The notes under the pieces are model-generated. The model saw only the letters and a program-made list of their open reading frames with translations. It did no database searches and had not been told where the DNA came from. Positions 26,636 to 49,341 of a stretch of DNA of 64,000 nucleotides are shown in pieces (position 1 is the first letter of the stretch; every line of letters begins with the position of its first letter). The stretch is from the human T2T-CHM13v2.0 reference genome, Homo sapiens. The stretch lies in assembly GCF_009914755.1 (NCBI RefSeq), contig NC_060929.1; one strand, 5' to 3'. The position numbers and the translations under genes are program-made.

Positions 26636-27628
26636 AGAAATAGCCTTTCAAACATATTACTGAAGTTGGTTTGCTAATATTTCACTTATAACTTTTGTGT
26701 CTATGTTCATGAATGATATTGGCTTCAATTAAATAATATTCTATTCTTAAGGTTCTTTCATGTTTTGATTGTATAGTTATCCTGGGCTCATAAAAATATT
26801 TGGAAAGTTATTTTTTTTTCCGGTGGCTGAAGCAATTTCTGTAAGATTAATGATATTTCTTCCTTAAATATTTGGTAGAATTCTCAAAGAGGCTTCTTTG
26901 TAGTAAGGTCTTATAGATTCAATTTCTTTAATGAATATAAGCTATTCAAATTTCCCACTTCTCATGTTAGTTTTAGGGTGTATTTTCTAATAATTTCTCA
27001 TTTCATCTAAATTTTAGCTTACTAAAAATTAAAAAATAATTCATAATAATATAACTTATCTTTTTAACATCTGCAGGACGTATACTGATATGTATCTCCT
27101 TTAGCCCTGCCCTTTATTAGGCAATTTTAAAACATGATCTCACAAGAAACTTGTCAATTTTATTAATTTTGTTAAAAAGCCAACATTCAACTTTGAGCCT
27201 ATTTTGTCATGTAACATTTCAGGTTTTCTATTCTTTTTATGTACTTCCTTTTTTTTTTCTTTTAAAAAATCTTTTGGGTTTTAATACCTAAGTTTTTTCC
27301 TAACATTTTTAGATGGGTTTTAACTTATTGATTTTTCCCAGACTTTTAAATTTTCCAATAAACACACAAAGCTCTAAATTTTCTTTTCAGCATGGCTTTC
27401 ATTCCATGGGTTTTTGTATATAATATTTCTATATGTAATATTTTCTTATAATCCCATTAAAATATTTTCTAATATCAATTGCAGATTGACTCATGGAGTT
27501 TTTTAGAGATGTATTTATTAATTTCCAAATAATTAGGGACTTTGGAGTTTTCATTTTGTTATCAATTTCTAACTTAATTTCATTATGGACAGAGAATGTA
27601 TTTTATATGATTTCAATATTTGGAATTT

Positions 27629-27944
27629 TTTGTTTTGTTTTTTGTTGTTGTTGTTTTTATATAGTTACAGGGTCTTGCTCTGTCACCGAGGCTGTTGTGC
27701 TATGGCCCAATCATAGCTCACTGCAGCCTTGAACTCCTGAGCTTAAGTAATCCTCTCACCTCAACCTCCCCAATAGCTAGGGCTAAGGCTGATACCACCA
27801 TGCCCAGTTAATTTGTTGTCATTGTTGTTGAGATGGGGTCTCACTATGTTGCCCAGGTTCACTATGTTTCCTGGTCTCGAGCTATGCTTCTGCCTCAGTC
27901 TCCCAAAATGCTGGGATTACAGGTATGAGCCACTGTGCCAGGCC
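27629..27944 (-). mobile_element. AluJ
   Basis: atcatagctcactgcagccttgaactcctgagc (J diagnostics); TSD caat(a/c)tttggaattt at 27614-27628 and 27945-27959. Confidence 0.9.
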
Positions 27945-28789
27945 CAATCTTTGGAATTTGTTGAGACTACTTCTTGGCCCAGGATATGGTCAACTTCTGT
28001 CAATCCATATATGCAATGCTTTTATATGTCCAATAAGTCAGGTTGAATAACCTGTTATTCAAATATTTATCACATATTAAAATTATGACTTTATATAATT
28101 GTGAATTTGACTATTTCTCCAGATTATTTTTTGCTTATTTTAAAAAATGAAACTATAATACTAGATATAGTCAGATTTAAAACTGTCACATATTCTTAGT
28201 AAATTGAACTATAATTATATTTAAATTAAAATCACTTCTTTATCTCCAATAAGACTTTTTGCCTTAAAGTCTACTTTGATGTTAGTATAATTATATTAAC
28301 TTGTCTTGGTTAGTGTTTTCATGGGATATCATATCCCATCACTTTATTTTTCAACCTGTCTATGTCTTTATGTTTTATGTGGATCTTTTGTAAATAGGGT
28401 ATAGTTTGATTTTTTTCCTTCCTAATCCACTATGTCAATCTTTCTCTGTTAATTGAATATTTAAATCCATTTGTAATTAAGAAAATTCCTATTACATTTG
28501 TGTTTTAATATTTTCTGTTTATCCTGACAGTTCTACATTTTTTCTTTTTTCTCTTTTCTTTATTTCTTTTGGGTTACGTATTTTTGTTATTTCCTATTTT
28601 ATTTTGTACAATTTTTCAATTAAGCTACCTTTCATTATTTATTCATGTTTTAGTTATTCACCTAGAGATTATAACATGCATCCAGATCTAACATTACAAC
28701 TTCTTTAACTATTCAAGGGCCATATAAACTCTAATTCTCTTATCTTGCATTTTTATTTATATATATTTTAACACGTAAAATCTATTTTT

Positions 28790-32582
<3,793 letters not shown>

Positions 32583-35374
32583 GTAAAAGCTATTTTTATT
32601 GCACTTAATATTTATTATGTTTATACATATGTTTATCATTTTCATTTGCTCTGTATTCCTTTTGGTGTCTGGAAACTACTGCTTCAGTTATTTTCTTCTT
32701 TCTTTTTTTTGTTGTTAAAGTCAGCTCTCAGTCTAATTGTTGCTCCTATAAAGGTTAATGTTTTTTTTTGTTTTTAATTCTGGCTGCTTTTTAGACTTTT
32801 CTCTTTTTTCTCAGAAGTTTTACTAGTGTGCGTGTATGTATGGATTTCAGTTTATCATGATTGAGGCTCATAGTGCCTTTTGAATCTAAGTTTCAATGTC
32901 TCATTGGCTTTGGAAAAAGAATTCTCAGTCATTTTCTCTTCAAATATTGCTTCTGTTCCACTTGTCTCTCCTTTTATTTAGGAACTTCAATTGCATGTAT
33001 GTTAGACCATCTAACTGTCTTTTTTTGTCTCTTTCTCTCTTTTCTGTGTCTTCCACCTTTATGTCTCTTAGGGTTTTATTACTGATATATTATTTTATCC
33101 TAAATCCTAGCACACTAATTCTCTCTTTAAATATGTCTAATTTTTTAAACACATCCATTTGAATTCTTAAATTCAGCTTCTTCAGTTCTATAATTTTTAC
33201 ATGATTCTTTTGAAAATATATTATGTTACTTTTTTTAGTTTCTAATTCTCTGTAAGAATTCACATACTTTTTTTTAAATCCTCAAGTGTAGTAAGCATAA
33301 TCATTTTAAAATTTGCTATGTGGAGCTTCTCTGGATGTCTCTGTATTGTCTGTTATTTCTATATGCTCTTATTCATTTTCTCATGAGCCTGGTAATTTTT
33401 TTACTGGATGTCAGTAATTGCATACACAAAAAGTGTAGAGATAATGTGAAAGCTAAGATGATATCTTCCTACAGAAAGAATTGATTTTTGTCTCTGCCAG
33501 CTTTCTAGTGATGCTGGTAATGCAGAGCCTTTTAAACCAATTTTTGGGACTGAAATATTTGAAGCTGAGCTGAAGTTCTGTGACAGCTTGTCTAGGTCTC
33601 ATTTATCACTATTCCTAGGGTAGAACCCTTTAGAAGTCTAACCTTAAGCACAGAAGATTTATCAAGGAGGATCCACTTCCTTGGCAGACCTTGGACAAAA
33701 CTTTTGTCTCCCAGTTCCAATGAGGCTATCAAAAGTACTGCTCGGCCTCTTAGCAGTCTGTAAAGTTTTCTTCATACCTAATCATGTCTGCAAATAAGAG
33801 TTTTACTTCTTCCTCTTCAATCTGCCATTTACCTAATTATCTTGCTGTATTGCACTGGCTTGGACCTTCAGTACAGTATTAAATAGAATTGGTGACACAA
33901 TATCTTTGCCTTGTTTATTATTTTAAGAAGGTATTATTGAGCCCTGCATTATTGTCTATAGGTTTACATAGATGCCCTTGATTAGCTTTAGACAATTCTC
34001 TTTTGCTCCCTGTTTTTGGAAAACTTTTACCATAAAAGAATATTAAATTAAGGGGTGGGAGCTATCTGCGTCTATTGAAATAATTTTGGGGGTTTTTTTC
34101 TCTTTTGTACTAATATAATAAATTGCACTAATTGATTTTTTAATCAATTAACTTGATTGGTATTCCTCCTCCTCTGATTTTCCAGAGAGATTAATATTCT
34201 TTCTTCCTTAAATATTGGATAGAATTCACCAACAAAACAATTAGGGCCAGGAGTTTTTTGTCTTCAGAAAAATTTTACATTACAAAATTCAATTTTCTTA
34301 AGTGAGCTAAATCTGTTAAAGTTTTCTATTTCTTCTTGGGTCAGTTTTGGAAATTTGTGTCTTTCAGGAAATTTTTCCATTGTTGTCTAGATTGCAAAAT
34401 TTGTTGTCATAAAGTTACTCATAATATTATCTTATTATCTGCTTAATATTTGAAGGCTCTGTAGTGATATCTCCCTTTTTACTCTTCTACTTTATTTCTT
34501 GATAATTCTGGCTAGAAATTTTATCAGTTTTATTGATATCAAAAAACAAGCTTTGATTTCTTTTTTTCTTTATGGTTATTTTATTTTCTATTTTATTAAC
34601 TGTTCTTGTCTTTATCTCATTTTGTCTGATTGCTTTATATTTAATTTGCTTTTCTTTTTCTAGATTTTTAAGATAGAAGTTAAATCATCAATTTAAGTTC
34701 TTTCTTTTTTAATGTAGCCTTATGAACTTACAACATTCCCTCTAAGCATTGCCTTCAACTCAAAATTTTTGATATCATATTTTTATTATCACTCAGTCCA
34801 AATATTTTCCAATTTCTCATGTGATTTCTTTTTTCAGAAGATTATTTAGAACTGTATTGTTTAATATCTATATACCAGAGATTTTATTTGTAATTTTATC
34901 ATTGTTATTATTGACTTTAAATATTTTCTCTGCATTCTTACTCTCTCTTCTCCTATGGCATTTCAAATACATGTATGTTTACTGTTTGATATAATATTAT
35001 CTAACAGATCCATAGATTTTGTTTATTTTGTTTTTAATATTTCTTCTTTCTCTTTCACCTTGTATAATTTCTGTTCCTTTATCTTTGAGTTTACTTTTTT
35101 CTCCATTATGTCGATTTGGCTATTAAGTCCATCCTATGAATTTTTATTTTAATTTTTGAGATTATATATTTCAGTTCTCTAATCTTCATTGCTTTATTAT
35201 CTCTATTTCTCTGCTGAGATTTTCCTTTATTGAAAATATGTTTGGGTTTACTTTTTAAGAATAGTTAAAATGTTTGTATGTTACTTTAAAATCCTTTTAT
35301 GTTACTTACAACATTTGGTTCATTTCAGGCTAGGACTCAATTACTATTTTCTCTTGAGAATGTGCTCCATCCTC

Positions 35375-35909
35375 TTTGTTTGTTTGTTTGTTTGTTTTTG
35401 TTTTTGTTTTTTGAAACAGGGTCTCACGCTGTCTTCCAGGCTGGAGTGCAATGGTACAATCATAGCTCACAGTAGCCTCAAACTCCTAGACTCAAGCCAT
35501 CCTCCTGCTTCAGCTAAGCATGGCTTCCTGAGTAGCTGGGAATATAAATTGGTACCATCACACCTGACTGATTTGACCTAATTCCTTCCTTCCTTCCTTC
35601 CTTCCTTCCTTCCTTCCTTCCTTCCTTCCTTCTTCCTTCTTCCTCCTTTCTCCTTTCTCCTTCCTTCTCTTCTTTCTTCTTCCTCTTCCTCCTCCTCCTC
35701 TTCTTCTCCTTCTTTTTCCCTTTCCCCTTCATCTTTCTCTTCCTCCTCCTCCTCCTCCTCCTTCTTCTTCTTCCTCTTTTTTTTTTAAGTAGACACAATG
35801 TCTCTCAATATGTTGCCCAGTCTGATCTCAAACTCCTGGCCTCAAGTGATCCTCCTGCCTCCACCTCCCTGAGTGCTGCAATTACAGGCATGAGCCACCA
35901 AACCCAGCC
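35375..35909 (-). mobile_element. AluJ with an expanded middle linker
   Basis: Right arm about 35410-35570 and left arm about 35790-35909, separated by a pyrimidine microsatellite; (TTTG)n tail. Confidence 0.9.
35582..35786. repeat. (CCTT)n/(CTT)n/(CCT)n polypyrimidine tract
   Basis: About 205 nt of pyrimidines with a single A near 35731. Confidence 0.95.
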
Positions 35910-37377
35910 AATCTTTTTAATTCTTTGAATGTCAGATAATTTCAGATTATATCCTGAACATTATGAATGTTAAGTTAGTAGGATTTGGGAATCTTGGGTT
36001 TTGGGGGTTTGTCTGCTTGTTTTTAACCCAATGGTTGTTGCTTCCTTTGTCCTTTGTTTCAGCAGATAATTTTTCTTGGCTGGGCTTGAATTTGCAAATT
36101 CTATTTCTCAGGCAGCAGCTTTGGTCTTAAAGAAGACATTTTGTCTTCAGCTTAGCTGCTCTAAATCTGTTCCATGCCTGAATAGTTTAGGGATTATACA
36201 GAGATGTGGGTAGGCAGAGTTTGGGGATCTCCTATCTGGCTTTTCTTCTCTTTTGAGGGTCTCTCACTCTTCTCTTCAGCACCCAGCTCAATTGCCCAGC
36301 TTCACTTCTCTGGTTCCCCAGGCTGGAAAGATTTCAGGTTTTTTTCATGCAACCCTGTCTGCCTCTGTGTATTCAGCTTAGCCTTAGGCTAAAAGCCTCA
36401 GAGGTGGAAACTTATTTATACAGCTCCCTGGCTCCCTCATCTAAACTATGCACTCACCACCAGTCTGTCTGCTTTTGTTTACTTTCCAGGATCTTTAGGC
36501 ACTTGGGTTTTGTATCATATCCAGGATTAGTACTGGTTTTCTCTAGGTGAGGGAGGTTGTCTTGTCTTATTCCATCATGCCTAGAAGTGGAAGTTCTCTT
36601 TTAGGATTCCATCAGGGAGATAAGGAGAGGTGGAATCCAATGGCAGTGGGTCAGGATCCAGACTGCTCTACTGCTCCACTTGATATAAATATTTCATCAA
36701 TAAATTTTCTTATTTCTGACATTAGGATACAGGCAACATGATCAAACTGCCTCTCATTCTAACCAGAGTTCCCAGATACATTGGCCTTCTGAGCTGGTGC
36801 CACAAAGTGGGCCCAAGATGTATACCTACACTGACTATTTGGAAAGTTATTGAGTTTCAGGTATACTCAATAGGGCATGAGTCAAGCCTAGTAATTAGAA
36901 CCTCCTGTCCCATAAGGGGGAACCCTTCCAGACCCTTGTCACCAATGTTCCCCAGTAAGAACAGTATATATGGTCTTATAGAAATCAGACATAGGAGAAT
37001 TAATCAGGAAGGTATAGAATTTAGAGGAAGATAGGAAGAACCCACCGTGAAATTCACACTGAGAAATAAAAACATAAAAAGCACTGGAGTTTATTAAGAA
37101 GTGACTTACTGAGCCATCTGGGAAATAGTCAGGAGCAAAATGTGGGCAGACAAGGGGCTGCTCAGTGGGTCCAACTGGGCATGATTACCACAGGGCAGGA
37201 ACAACTAAATATTGAGTGCCCACCATCTTCTGCCAGGGCTGCCTGAGGGCCTCTGTTGGACAGAGAAGGAGGTAAACCTCAGACAGCTTTTACTACTTGC
37301 TCAAGGTTTCACAGCTAGTAAGGATGTGAATCATGGTCTGCTTGGCCTCAGAACAGGTAGATAATCAAGCTACGAGG

Positions 37378-37775
37378 TGCTGTGGTTTGGACATTTGTCT
37401 TCTCCAAACCTCATGTTGAAATTTGATCCCCAGTGTTGGAGGTAGAACCTGACAGAAGGTGTTTGGGTCATGGGGGCAGATCACTCATGAATCACTTAAT
37501 GCCCTCCCTATTAGTTCCTAGAAGAGCTGGTTTTTAAAAAGAGCCTGGCCCCTCCCCCACTCTCTCTTGCCTCCTCTCTGGCCATGTGATCTCTGCACAC
37601 ACCAGCTCCCCTTCACCTTCCATCATGTGGCAGCAGCCTGAGGCCCTCCCCAGATACAGATGCCCAATTCTGAACTTTTCGAGCCATCAAAATCATGAGC
37701 CAAATAAACCTTGTTTTCTTTATAAATGACCCAGCCCAGGTATTCCTTTATAGCAACACAAAATGGACTAAGACA
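37378..37775 (+). mobile_element. MSTB-type solo LTR (ERVL-MaLR)
   Basis: tgctgtggtttggacatttgtc...aataaacc...tatagcaacacaaaatggactaagaca. Confidence 0.9.
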
Positions 37776-38849
37776 GGAGAGAACTTCACATTGTTCTCTG
37801 CATCAGAAGTTCTCAGCCTTTTCCAGGCCTCAAGTATACAGTATAGATAAGACAGATAGTGGAACTTTATCACCCACTCAAGAAAGCAAATTAAAAGATA
37901 GATGAGCAAGACATTGTTAAAACTTAACCAGGAATCTCAATTTATTTCAGAAAAAATTATTCGCACAGTTCAGTGCCTTGATTATTATACACAACAAATT
38001 ACATGAGCCACCATGTCATAATTTATCCTGACCTATCAGGGTGAAAGCACTCAAGGCCTGGGGAATGTTATTCTGGAGAAAGGGAAATATTTGGATGCAG
38101 GGACTCAGCAGGAAAGAAGCTGAATCTGTTTCCTCAGGGGCTTTGCAGCACAGCAGCAAGAAGCAACCAACCAGAAACCCAGCTTCTCCCTATCTACTCC
38201 CATCCCCTCTCCACCTCCTTGCTCACTCCTTGCCTGCGATCAATCTGGCCTCTTAGAGCTATTGACAGGGCTGCCTGAAAGTCATTGCCCAAATTCCATC
38301 TCCTCTCAAATCCATTTTCCCTGCCTCAGAGAGAGCCAGTTGGATTTCTCAATTATCAAATTGTACAGTCGTGAGCTTATATACTTCTAAGAGGTAATAC
38401 AGTGTAAGTTTCTTTTCTGTGGAAATGTCATATTAGCTCCTTTGGGAAGTGAATGGAATATTTAAAATACTCTTTCAGTCTCTATGGCCCATTAAGAGGA
38501 ATGCCAAGATGGAATGTGACTTTGCTAAGGCTGCAGTAGAAACGTATGTTCTTTAAGAAGCTTGGAGGCAGTTTGCTTTACTGATAACACCACTGCCTAA
38601 TCTTATATTATCTTTCTCTCTCTTCTCTTCTACCTGGATTTAAAAGTACATAAATGGGCAAATAAAATTTATCCCTTAATACATACCTGTAACACACATA
38701 AGCCAGTTTTGGCAATGTATTTAGCACCTTTAAGGCTAATTAAATCAACACTGCTTGTTTATTTTTTAAAATAATAAAAGCAACTACCATTTGTTTGATC
38801 TGTATTTTGTGCTAGATAATATTAAGGCATTTAAAAATGCTATTTAATT

Positions 38850-39270
38850 GTAAAAATTAATGTTTGTTTATACATATAATATATGCATACATTCTCCTTA
38901 AAAATTTCAAATAATTTAAATAATACTAACTCAGTTTGATCTCAATCCTTGTTCTCACTCAAGGCTCTGCTATTCTACTCAAAAGTAGCACATTTTCAAT
39001 TTGGTGTGTCCTTCCAGAATTTGCTATGCACTTACATACATATGTTTCTGTAAAAGAGATATAGTACCATGAATCTCTGTGTGTGTGTTTGTTTTATAAA
39101 TACAACCATCAATATGTTTTATGCTGCAATTTGCTTTTCACACTCAACAATATGCCCTGGGTATTTCCCCATGTTGGTAAGAGAGTTCTGGCTCATTCTT
39201 TCAAATTCCTGTTTCATTTTCCATAACAGTATAGCAGTAAACTTTATTTAGCTATTTCCCTTTTAAAGCA
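38850..39270 (-). mobile_element. Ancient L1ME 3' relic
   Basis: ctgcaatttgctttttcacactcaacaatat-like and ctcattctttcaaa motifs; highly diverged. Confidence 0.5.
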
Positions 39271-40257
39271 CAATTAGGTTTTCTTTTTGCTTTTCTTTTT
39301 CCTTTTGTGGTTACACACAGGGTGAATTTCCACAGTCTCCATCTTATTTGATGATTGTTAGCTTTCTTATTGCCAGTGAGAGGGTGCTGCAAATGCAAAG
39401 TCGGCCACAGCCTAGTGTGTAGGGTTACACAGACAAGATTCCAGAGCCTCAATTCCAGTATCCAATCATAGACAGGATTATCTGCATTTTATTTTGAGGG
39501 TGGTGATAAGGAGAAAGAAAAAAGCTAAAAATGTAAACAATAGCTGTTGAGATATCACCTCTGGGATATTACATATTTTTCAGACAACATGAAGGACTAC
39601 CAAACAATAGGAGACAGTCATTGTTTTCATCTTGATTTCTTGGTGTTTTTAACTGGAAACTATCAGAAATCTCCTGCAGATATGAGAAAAACAAACTCTT
39701 AATTAAGAAGAGTGTACGAGGCATGTGAAGAACCCTTTCTTTCCAGACATTACATGTAAATGCGACTTCCTGTACATCCCCATAGGCTTGCACACACCAT
39801 CTTGTGGCTAAAGCTCTGATCAGTGCTGCTACCCTCTCATGGTCCTGGATCTCAGACAGCTGCACTTCTATCCTGCAGCCTTCAGAAGAACAAAACACAA
39901 ATGTTCACATTTGTTTATCTTTTCTGAAGTAGTAGGTTTGTTTAGTGACAGAGTTATTATAAACATGATTTATACTCATACTAGATATTCAAGCATTATG
40001 GAAATGTATAAAGAAGAAAGTAAAAATAAAATCTCCCCCAGTTTCCCTATCCTGATGTGAATTAACATTTTGATAAACATGCTTTCTCTCTCTCTAAAAA
40101 TTGAAATTTCTATACTTGGCTATAACTAGTTTTTTTTTAAGAACTAGCTTTTTTCACTCAACAGATGTTCTATAATATATTTCCTTAACAATGCTAATAG
40201 ATATGATTTATCCTAGACACTGACTAAATCATAATCAGGCACATAGTGGTATGGTAC

Positions 40258-40720
40258 ACTTGTTCATTCATTTATTCATCTATCTATTCATCCATTTGTC
40301 CTCCAATCTTCGTTTTGTGGCTTGCTACATGTCAGGCAGTGTACTAAGCACTGGGCACACAATGGGGAGCAAGACAGGCACAGCATGAGGCCCATAGATT
40401 ATAGTTCTAGCAGAGGAAACAGATAAGCGATAACAATATGCGGCAAATCTTACTATACCCAGTTTAGGGATGTGATTAGGAGAGGCTTCGTGGAAGAACA
40501 AATGACTATGCTCAGAAGTCGCAGATGATGAGGGGGGAGTTTGCCAGGCAACAGGGAAGGGGCAGGGGAGGTGTTTAAGTCAGGGGGAATAGCCCTTGCA
40601 AAGACCTGGAAATGAGAGAGATATTCACCATTCTGCTGAATATATTGTATCTAGCTGGAGTACATTGTTTTCGGGGGTATGGAAACAGATGAAGCTGGAG
40701 ATTAGGCAATAGCATTAGCC
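40258..40720 (-). mobile_element. L2 3' end
   Basis: ttcattcatttattcatc tail, atgtcaggcagtgtactaagcactggg, tgcaaagacctgga. Confidence 0.75.
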
Positions 40721-41594
40721 TTGCTCAGTGACCCTCTAAACTGAATCAGCAGTTATTTTCCAAGCATGAACATATTACATCCCTAAGTCACCTAGTTAAA
40801 TTCAGACCTGGGCATGACTCAAATAAAAAGGAAAATCAAAAGTTAGTTTCCTCTATTTTGATATATTGTAAAAAATTGTAAATATGACCAGGGACTTTCA
40901 TAAAGACATTTAAAAGGAGGCTGAAGACTTTGGCCGTGAGAGACCATGGATTGGCTCTTTTGCTGCTACATAATATTGTTGAGTGGGACGTAAAAAGAAG
41001 AAATTGAATAGGCACAGGAATAATTGCCCAAATACCTGTTTTGCTATTGTCCAGGTCTGGCTGATTTTATGAAGGGTGGGTGGGTAGTAAGACAAATATC
41101 ATGAAGAATATTATAGTATTAATATTCTAGAAACACTTGAGCACAGAACAAACTTTTATCATTCTGGGGCCCAATGAAGCGAACAAAAGCAGGCAGCCAG
41201 GCCCTGCTGGCTTAAGCACAATGAGACCCCCAAGACAGTTGTAAGCCAGATGTCTGTCCCATGTGCTTCAGGAGCATATGCAGGTTAGGAATTATGAGTA
41301 AGGTAAGTGGCCAACATGGAAGATTTGGGACATCAGAAGCAAGAACACTGATCTCTGCCAGAGGACAGGACTCCTCTCCCATCAAATCACCTGCAGCAGA
41401 GAGAGGGAAAGTAGCCACAGAGAAGGCGCTGACCCTGCACCTCCAGTGCTCTGCCTGGGCAGAGCGCCAAGAGGCTCCCACCAGCCCAGGTCTGCTCAGG
41501 GGCAGAGCAAACCTCCTGGGGAGTGAGGAGCCCCTAAGTATGCATCAGTGCCAGAAGTACTGGCCAAGGGTTAATTAACAAGGTTATGATCTCA

Positions 41595-41984
<390 letters not shown>

Positions 41985-42891
41985 CTAAGAGTGGTTTTAA
42001 ATGGACATTTTTATATTCTCCACTAAGGGAAATTCTGGAAAATGAAGATAGAGCCATGGTTCTGCTTGCTTTTTAAATTCTGTGGTTCTCTGAGCTTTCT
42101 GGTGAAACTATTTGGTTTTTTTTTTTCCTCTATGTTGAGTAAGTGTTTTGAGTACCTGGCAGGACACTGAGGTACACTGGGCACTGTCCGAAGTATAAAA
42201 GGAGAAAATATATTTTATCACATTTGGACCCCAATTGTCAGGTTAGAAGCAAATAATTACAAGACAGTGGGAAAGGATTCGCAAATGAAGTAAATTCCAA
42301 CGAGTGATACCACAGGTGGCTTGTACATTAGAGGAAAATGTTTATTGACTATATATTACACTGAGAAATAGAAAAGATAAATATTTGTGCTTCCATTGAG
42401 ACACATTTAAAATTCCCAAACACCCATTGCATAATCTGCTAAGCAATTTGCCCAACTGTTTTGCATTTTTTTCCTGAACAGGTGATTACACTGATATTTA
42501 TTCTAGTCTGTGTGGATTTGTTTTTGGTGATTATTTGTAGTTGTTATTTATCTGTTGTTGAATTTTTTTTGAGGGGAAGGTAGCAACTTAATATAAATTT
42601 TATATAAGGTATTATAACAAATCTCTGATTTTTAAAATCACAATCAATTTTGTTTTTCCATTGGCAAAATATACAAATCTACAATCTTAAGCATTGTTTA
42701 TGGAACAAAAATATTAATTAAGTAGGATAAACTCAGTTTTTAAAGTCATGGAATGGGGTTTCCAGGTTAATCAAATATACTAGTTAATAAAGAGCTACCA
42801 CACATGTGATACACCTAGAATATAATAAAATGTATGTCACTAAATTAAGATGAAACAGATATCTTTTTTGGATGTTAAGGAGGTGTCTCAT

Positions 42892-47348
<4,457 letters not shown>

Positions 47349-47349
<1 letters not shown>

Positions 47350-48086
47350 ACTCTGCAGGATATTATCCAGGAGAACTTCCCCAATCTAGCAAGGCAGGCC
47401 AACATTCAGATTCAGGAAATACAGAGAACGCAACAAAGATACTCCTCAAGAAGAGCAACTCCGAGACACGTAATTGTCAGATTCACCAAAGTTGAAATGA
47501 AGGAAAAAATGTTAAGGGCAGCCAGAGAGAAAGGTCGGGTTACCCACAAAGGGAAGCCCATCAGACTAACAGCTGATCTCTCAGCAGAAACTCTACAAGC
47601 CAGAAGAGAGTGGGGGCCAATATTTAACATTCTTAAAGAAAAGAATTTTCAACCCAGAATTTCATATCCAGCCAAACTAAGCTTCATAAGTGAAGGAGAA
47701 ATAAAATCCTTTACAGACAAGCAAATGCTGAGAGATTTTGTCACCACCAGGCCTGCCCTAAAAGAGCTCCTGAAGGAAGCACTAAACATGTAAAGGTACA
47801 ACCGGTACCAGCCGCTGCAAAATCATGCCAGAATATAAAGACCATCGAGATTAGGAAGAAACTGCATCAACTAACAAGCAAAATAACCAGCTAACATCAT
47901 AATGACAGGATCAAATTCACACATAACAATATTAACTTTAAATGTAAATGGACTAAATGCTCCAATTAAAAGACACAGACTGGCAAATTGGATAAAGAGT
48001 CAAGACCCATCAGTGTGCTGTATTCAGGAAACCCATCTCATGTGCAGAGACACACATAGGCTCAAAATAAAAGGATGGAGGAAGAT
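47349..48086 (+). mobile_element. Inverted 5' segment of the same L1PA3 (ORF1 3' half, spacer, ORF2 start)
   Basis: TLQDIIQENFPNLARQ...LKEALNM with premature TAA at 47791; MTGSNSHITILTLNVNGLN...KGWRKI from 47902; strand flips at 47349. Confidence 0.95.
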
Positions 48087-48609
48087 ATTTTTTTTTTTAA
48101 AAAAAGAAGTGTCTCCGGGTCTTAGAATGTCCGGGGGTGGGGCCACCATTCATCATGTGTCATTGTGTAGAAGATCTGTGGAAATGTCACAGGGAGGAGG
48201 GCTCTGATTAGCCAGATACCAGATAGCACAGCTTGCCATGCATTTTCTTCATTTGCCATCTTCATATTCAGAGACTGATCATTCAGGAGACTAAATGGAA
48301 TAAAGTATGTTAGGCGTATTTGCCTAGCAAGTGCATGTATGATAGACTGGATTAAGAAGAAATGGTAGATGTAAAGACCAGTTATGGGGTTCTAGGATAA
48401 ATCCAGAGAGGAAGTAAAAGGAAAGGATAAATTTCCCCAAGAAAGAGCCAAACAGTAAGGACAATGAGCCAAGAATGCCTAAGGCAGCAGGAACACTTGG
48501 GTTGTGGGGGAAATAAGTAAATATATTACTTATATAGCAAGTGTGACATCCAAGGGACTCCATGCTTTTCTGGGTCATATTGGCACTCTTCATTTCTGAG
48601 AGCCTTGTG

Positions 48610-48785
48610 GGTAGAATGTGGTTGATCATGGAACTTTCCCTCTGTATTATAATTGTCTTTTGCCTTCCTCCTTCCCTAGACCATGAGCTCTTTGATAGCA
48701 GGGACTTGGTCTTTCATCTTTGAATTCCAAAGCACCTAGCACCATGCCAGGCACATAATAGATACTTATTAAATGTTTGAAAAAG
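48610..48785 (+). mobile_element. L2 3' end
   Basis: ctagaccatgagctctttgatagcagggact...agcacctagcaccatgccaggcacataatagatacttattaaatgtttg. Confidence 0.75.
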
Positions 48786-49341
48786 GAAGAACGTGGTCAG
48801 GAAACTGAAGGAAGTGAGAGGTTAAGTTGAGAAGGGCACTGGCATGTGTCATTGATATTCATGTTAAAATTGAATAACTGAAAGGAAAAAATTCTTGAGT
48901 AATATCTTTAGTTTATGGAATGGTAAACTGAGGCACATAGGTAAAGATGGCAACTTGTCCAATCCAGCTCAAAATCAAGGAGCTACAGGCAGAGACAGGG
49001 CCAGAAAGTAGGTTTATTCTGTTCACTGTTCTATCCCCATCTGATGAGCAATCCTGCCTCCTTCCAGGGAGAGCAGTACTTTTTTTACTTCTCTCAAAGT
49101 AAACAAGGTTTGGGACACAAGAAAGCATAAAAAAATATGAAAAATGTCTTTTAATAAACAGAGAGTGGGGCATGATAACTCTATCAAGACTAGGTTTAAT
49201 CCCACAAGGCTGACCACAGAACACATTGATTGACTCTAGAAAATTAAATTTTAAAATTATTACTTGACTAACTTTTGATAAGAATTCAATTGCATGATTT
49301 GAAACTTTAAAAAGGCATAAAATATTTAAAAAGGTATAAAT

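Larger units (their letters stand above)
23900..28770 (-). mobile_element. Ancient L1M (L1MC/ME-like) 3'UTR-ORF2 relic with nested insertions
   Basis: Long T-rich antisense L1 (ttcatgagattcatccatattgttg; gtagtatctcattgtgcttttt; gatagaagtgacaatagtgagcatcc-like; ttttgccttaaagtctactttg). Confidence 0.75.
32600..36590 (-). mobile_element. Ancient L1M relics (5'/ORF1-region pieces flanking an ORF2 piece at about 33770-34920)
   Basis: aattctcagtcattttctcttcaaatattgcttctg; atcatgtctgcaaataagagttttacttcttcc; tattccatcatgcctagaagtggaagt. Probably at least two elements. Confidence 0.65.

Noticed and set aside
35514-35798. Arg/Lys/Glu-rich 94-aa ORF
   Set aside because: Translation of the purine microsatellite.
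39790-39812. CTCF-like site (minus GCCACAAGATGGTG)
   Set aside because: Mismatches at core positions; cannot be supported without PWM or ChIP data.
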